From contig NC_090345.1 in the NCBI RefSeq assembly GCF_035084215.1, forward strand, positions 20,460,001 to 20,524,000: a DNA stretch of 64,000 nucleotides. Direction: 5' to 3'. The first letter of the stretch is position 1. Every line of letters starts with the position of its first letter. Shown piece by piece: positions 58,601-64,000 of the stretch. The notes below the pieces were generated by a model that had not been told where the DNA came from, ran no database searches, and saw only the letters and a program-made list of their open reading frames with translations. The position numbers were made by a program, and so were the translations under genes. The DNA is from Heptranchias perlo. Taxonomy: Eukaryota.

Positions 58601-60660
58601 ATTTTTGATGACATGCTCCATATTGAAATTGAAAATGAAAATGGACCCAAGCAGACTTCCCTGAAGGTTCCCTGTGTAGGTGTTATGAAGTGAGGACAAA
58701 TGTCATTCTGGCTTGAGCCTTTGCTTTTATCATTTGAGGAAGTTGCACAATAGTTCAACAGTTTATAACATACTCTGCAAGAGTCAGTCTTTATACATCC
58801 TATTGAATGCTCTGCAAATGCTCAGGTTTGCTGCTCAGACTTTAAATTAAGTGTAGAGAATCGCTCTATTTCTAGATTATGAAATTGAGAATGCTACCAG
58901 TTGATTTGCTCTGAAACAAATTGTTAAGGAGGTAGCAGATTGTTCTGCGATAGCTTCTAATTCACTATGATTTTGACACAATCAGCAGTAGAGGTGGTGA
59001 TCTGTAGTTGTTGGAGTTTGATTAGCATGATGTTTATTGCTTTCCATTCGAATGAGGGAACGTGGTTGAGAAAAGTAGTTGAAACAGATGAGCAATTGGA
59101 GTTTTAAGAACCAGATCATTATTCAGCATATTGGGTTGATTTCTGGATGGAAAGTTTGATACTGAGCTGTGATTTCAGCTGACCTTTCAGCAAATATGTC
59201 AAAATCTCTCATGTACAGTGGAATGGTATGTGACTACATCCTTCTCAAGAGGAGAAATAGTGGGGTTAGACCCTTTGTCTCATACAAGTTGACCATGTGA
59301 CACTAGCCACTGTAGTTTACCTGAGAATCGTGCAGTTTGGAGTTGACCTTGGATTTTAACTCAGGTAAATATGAGAGCTGCTCTTGTATTGGAATTTGGC
59401 ACAAGTTAGCTTCATTTGATCTCTTGGGTGCCTGATCTTCCCCATCTACAAATGTAATGCTACATTAAATAACATGGTGTAATTCAATTATATACTATTA
59501 ATACAAGCAATTGGGGAGGGGGTGCATTTTCTCAATGATACTTTTCCTTTTGGAAAAAGCACCAGTGGTTAAGATATGACTAGTAGATTTCTGGAATATT
59601 AGATCTAGTAGAAACATTGCAACAGTTCTGACAATTGTTTACCTGCTTGTTTCAACAGTTAGGTAACTTTTCAGGAGTTAAGTATATTTTACAATATATA
59701 CAAAATGAATAAATTATTTACTTGTCGTCCTGCTTTTATAATCAGAATTGTACAATTCTGATTATAAAAGCAGGAGGACAAGTAAATAATTTATTCATTT
59801 TGTATATATTGTAAAAGTTCAAAACATCTCAGTATAAAGTGTTGTGGTGATATATCAAACAGGCCCTGTGATGTAAATGAATGAAGCTAATTCTAGTGAC
59901 ATTTTCATCCTAACGGATCTAAATTAGTACTGTTAAAACATTTTAAGAGAATCATGTTGGGGAAAGGCAGGAGTGATCCAGCTCTGGAATTGCAGTGCAA
60001 TTGTAACTTAAAAAATAAACAATTTTATTGATAACCATGCAGTGCTTTTCTTCATGCATTGATTTATAATCTCTTTTATGAGCAGAGTCTTTGCTAGACA
60101 GTAAAGCAATTATGCTTTCCCCCCTTACTATGTTGCAGCTAATTTGGTTCTGCATCGGACAGTGGAACGAATCCATGTAGGAAGGAAATACGGTGACATT
60201 CCCAGAGGGATTTTCGTTGTCCGAGGAGAAAATGTGGTGCTTCTCGGGGAAATAGTAAGTTAATTAAATCCTAATTTCTTACTTCATTCTTGTTGAACCA
60301 GTATCAATACCTGAAGAATTGGTGAATAACTTCAGATGCATACTCAGTGTTGCACAATTTAATTAGTCGTTATGAGATTAAGATTATGCCACACTTTTCT
60401 TCTAGTTCATTTAGTAGTGTAATTGTCTCACTGTGTTTAAATCTGCTTCTGTGTTTGAGTACCTTTAATGACTGATGTTACCCTTATAGGATCTGGAAAG
60501 GGAGACTGATACTCCCTTGCAGAAAGTGTCTATTGAGGAGATTCTGGAAGCTCAAAGAGTTCAGCAGCATGAAAAACAAGAAGCAGAGAAGGCAAAAAGT
60601 GAAGCGTTAAAAGAGCGAGGATTATCTATCCCTCGTACAGATACCCTTGATGAATACTAA
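49574..60660 (+). CDS. LSM1: Sm-like protein LSm1 (cytoplasmic LSm1-7 mRNA decapping/decay ring), 133 aa
   Basis: Exons 49574-49619, 57454-57522, 60139-60254, 60490-60660 (402 nt). Translation MNYMPGTASLIEDIDKKHLVVLRDGRTLIGYLRSVDQFANLVLHRTVERIHVG...RGENVVLLGEID...DTLDEY*. Confidence 0.97.
50075..50337 (+). mobile_element. Nested CR1 3' UTR fragments
   Basis: Two 3' termini (GGCCTACTCCTGCTC... and GGCCTCCTTCTGTGCTGTAACCATTCTATGATTCTATG). Confidence 0.7.
51845..52123. repeat. Alternating purine-pyrimidine satellite with 7 copies of an 18-bp unit (TGTGTATGTATACGCGCG)
   Basis: Visible directly; accounts for the repetitive ORFs at 51812-52172. Confidence 0.95.
56395..57060 (-). mobile_element. 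L2 LINE 3' fragment in LSM1 intron 1
   Basis: AYFHLRNI...TETLINAFVT..LNYSNS motif (ORF 56881..57066) and an L2 tail. Confidence 0.85.
57454..57522 (+). CDS. LSM1: LSM1 exon 2
   Basis: KHLVVLRDGRTLIGYLRSVDQF (Sm1 motif), 69 nt. Confidence 0.96.
59687..59816. repeat. 130-bp near-perfect loopless palindrome in LSM1 intron 2
   Basis: 65-bp arms centred on TGT|ACA (59751/59752), one mismatch (59727/59776). Confidence 0.95.
60139..60254 (+). CDS. LSM1: LSM1 exon 3
   Basis: NLVLHRTVERIH...RGENVVLLGEI (Sm2 motif), 116 nt. Confidence 0.96.
60490..60660 (+). CDS. LSM1: LSM1 exon 4 coding part
   Basis: DLERET...DTLDEY*, TAA 60658-60660. Confidence 0.96.
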   Translation, partial: DLERETDTPLQKVSIEEILEAQRVQQHEKQEAEKAKSEALKERGLSIPRTDTLDEY

Positions 60661-60931
60661 AAAAGAAATCACTTTTAAATGTACAATACCAGACTTTGAC
60701 ACACACACCACCTTTTTTAAGTGACTGGAATTACTAGATTTCCCTGCTGAAATGGGATAGATTGTATCTATAAGATGAATGAACAACATATGTAAAAAAA
60801 AGTTTTAAAAACTATTTTACAACAGTGATTATGGACTAGCTGTGCTTTTTTTAAAGACAAAGCATCAGAAAGAATGAATTGAGTTAATTTACAGGTTCTC
60901 GGTGTCCAATCTATTGGCCTGAAAATGTAAC

Positions 60932-61130
60932 AATAAAAGATCTTCACCATGATGCAGCTTTAGTTGCAAGTGATGGGTCCTCTATTCAGCAAAGGGATGG
61001 GGCGTACCAATCAATGCATTATTTGTAGGTAGGTTTTTCTTACATAGATTAAGTTGCTGTGTATTTACCGAAAATAAAAATCTCCCTGTAGGGTGGAAAG
61101 TTGAAATGTTATCATTTATTGCTTAATAAA
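60932..61130 (+). terminator. Candidate LSM1 polyadenylation signals
   Basis: AATAAA at 60932, 61073 and 61125. Confidence 0.5.
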
Positions 61131-62889
61131 TTATATAGTTTCAACTCATCCCTTTGCTATTTGTGAGACCTTGTGTACAGATTAGCTGCATTGTTTGCAT
61201 ACCATACAACAGTGACCACTCTTCAAAAGTAATTAATTGGCTGTAAAGTGCTTTGGTACATCATGAAGGTTGTGAAAAGTGCTATATAGATGCAAGTTCT
61301 TTCTTAATAAACTAATATATAGTAATCTCTTACTATAATATTTGCTGATATCCTCTCATCTGTGTCATAATTCACACTGTTCCTGGTTTCTTGCTAATGG
61401 GGAAACAGAATGAAAATATTCCTTTACATACAAAAATTGTGTTACTTCCAATAGTAACACTCTACAGAGGGTCAGCCTTTTTTGGTGTAGTTTTGTGAAG
61501 ATGGGAAGTTTCGTTATCTCTATCCTATTTTTTATTTACTGCATTACTTGCAAACTGAACAACCAAAAAATTAATTTGCTGAAACCCTTCCAAGGTTACT
61601 TTGTAATATCTTAGTTGAGCATTAGTATTTACTTTACGATGTTTTTATAGTGACCTAATGGTGAAGGAATGCCTTCTGTACAATTAATATAAAATATATA
61701 TTGCTCCATAAATAATGTATATGGCTCCAAGAGCAGCACCAGGCATACCTTAGAATGGGGTACCAAAATTGACGTTACCACACAAGTGTTTACTTAGTCC
61801 GCCTTTACAGAGATTGTAGAAGCATATGTGTAAAAGTTATGAATATCCAGTTCTGATCACAAGAGGATACTATTATGTCTTTGGGTTATACCATTATATA
61901 GGTAAGATATAGGGCAGTGTAAGCCAATTAGAGCTTGAGTGACAAAGATAGGAAGCAGAGTAATGCAGAAAGAGAGGGAATAATGCAAATTTGAGTCAGA
62001 AGGAGAAACAGTGGCAATATGAGGTGAAAGAGGAGCAGCTGTTCCATAATGAGATTGATGAGAGGGAGGAAAAGAATCACCATGCTCTGGAAATGGCAGA
62101 GAAATGCATGTCAGCAGCAAGTCTGGTAAATGGGGTCACAGAACTCTGGGCCCACCATTTTATTAAATCTTATTCCAAATTTTAAAGTGGCGACAATAAT
62201 AGTTGACAATGATAGTTTTATCCCTGCATTTAAATTGTTAGCTGGTCACCACAAAATGGAACAGGCCAGCTGACTTGCGGTGCCATTAAGCAGAAAACAG
62301 CTTGCGGCATTTTCTCATTGTGAAACATCTCTGAGCTTATAATTTAACACCTGGAGCATACAGACAGAAATTTAAGAATCCGAAGGGCCAGCAGAAACTG
62401 TCTATCTATAAACAGAGGGAGATAAAACACAGGCAGGCATTCATTAAAGCAAAAGCTGTGAAGGTTTTCACTGAGACTAAGGTTAGAAAAGCTGGAGCAC
62501 AGTTAGAAGTTATCTTGTTTAAGTTAAGTAAGATGACGCACTACTGTGGCATGTTCTTTATTTGGTATTATTATGCAAGGATATGCTGTATGATTGAGTT
62601 AAATGTGCCTGATCATAACTGCTCTGTGTATTCATCAATAAAGCAGCTTAGAAATCCCTATCTGGCCTTATCTCATAAGTGTTTGCCTTCGGAGAAATTA
62701 AAGCACACATGTGAAAGACGTGAATATCCAGTTCAGATCATATTATTATGCCCCTGGGTCACAATATTATACAAGTAGATATAGGGCAGTGTGAGTCAAC
62801 TCCCATAAAAGTAAGGCGAGCAGCTGATGCCACTGAACCCAAGAAGGTATCTAAATCAAGACCCGAATTTGTAAGAGATTTTAGTGCAA

Positions 62890-63265
62890 TGGAATAAAAC
62901 ACTTTCCATTTCAGCCATTCATTGTCAGTCTTGAGCACCCTCTGGTCAGGTATAGCACAGCTAGATGCAGAGTAAAGCTTCCTCTGCTGTGAGCCAACAA
63001 TATGCCTCAGCCCCAGACTCAGAAGAGGACCTTTTCCTGGACCAGTGTGGATTTTTTCCCCTTTCCCATAGCAATGTTTGAGTGACATTGCTAATTTGTG
63101 TAGAATTTTGTGCTTTAGGTCCATTCCCACTAGGAACTGGATTGAGACTATCCAAATCCATTTCACGTATGACCATTCCAGCCAGTAGACATAGACTTTC
63201 ATCCCATCGGTTTGGGCTGCCCATTTGAACTCAATTCCCTGATGTGCGAAGCCAGAGTCTAACAC
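62890..63265 (-). mobile_element. LF-SINE-like tRNA-derived SINE (boundaries approximate)
   Basis: Minus strand reads GGTCATACGTGAAATGGATTTGGATAGTCTCAATCCAGTTCCTAGTGG, resembling the LF-SINE core as I recall it; a weaker copy lies at ~41030-41170. Confidence 0.55.
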
Positions 63266-64000
63266 ATTCTTTTGTTAAAAGAGTAATTTCAGATCTTAAA
63301 TCTGCTGTAGGTAAGAGAATAAGTAATCTCTTAATCAGATAACAGAACATAAAGAGGGAGTGGAGATTGAAGGAAATTAATATTGCAGCAGGATTTATTG
63401 GCACTGAACATAATAGAATATGTCAGTTGTACTCTAGCTTTCTTGAGTGCTTTGTATAGTAGTGCCCTTTTGCATTGTCCAGTTAGATAAATATATAGTC
63501 TGTGCTGTGATATTAACCAGGCTTACATGAGCAAAATGAAGGATAGAAGCAACAATACCATGGTAACATGCATTTATAATATTTACAAAGAAAATTAATT
63601 TAGTTTGTATATGAAAATGTCTAATTAGCATAATCTGTTCTGTTGTCCCCCTGAGTTTTGTAAACATAGGAATTACATTTTTGAGTTATTAACAAAAGTG
63701 CAAAAATCTTCTCTCGTGCTCCTAAACTTTGGCCCATTGCACAGGCAATGTTAAATCCTAGACGTTATGGAAATATGGCATATTTACATAGGTGCAAAAC
63801 AAGATGCAAATAATTAAGTGTCATAGAAACGTCAAAAAGAAGTAATGGATTAAGGTGTTAGTATAATAGGACTGTGTGTGTAATATATCAAAGATGATAA
63901 GAACTAAACATGATTAGATGTGGTTAGGTGAGTTGTGGTAGGTAAAGCCATAGAATATTTGAATTTTAAACCAGTTCTATGACTATGTAAAATGGGGTAC

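Noticed and set aside
62458-63265. 106-aa and 168-aa ORFs at the right end
   Set aside because: No recognisable domain or consistent splice pattern; they overlap SINE-like and repeated sequence

Overview
Eukaryotic, repeat-rich vertebrate DNA. The repeat repertoire (CR1 and L2 LINEs, Deu-domain SINEs, Harbinger transposons, Penelope-type hairpins) points to a cartilaginous fish (shark/ray); this is an inference. I rebuilt three spliced protein-coding genes by hand, each with GT-AG introns and consistent codon phases. (1) A large multi-EF-hand, EFCAB6-like gene on the minus strand: ATG 26765, 13 coding exons, about 604 codons, running off the left edge. (2) PRDX3 on the minus strand: 7 exons, 252 aa. 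(3) LSM1 on the plus strand: 4 exons, 133 aa. PRDX3 and LSM1 are head-to-head with only 258 bp between their ATGs. The most striking non-genic signal is a set of small TSD-flanked fold-back retroelements (157-403, 13354-13568, 32376-32624) whose arms carry minimal hammerhead-ribozyme motifs on both strands; a second hammerhead-bearing family sits at 35252-35428. Also present: a decayed two-gene Harbinger transposon, a 130-bp loopless palindrome and a Z-DNA-prone repeat in LSM1 introns, and an LF-SINE-like element. All calls come from reading the sequence; no database search was run.
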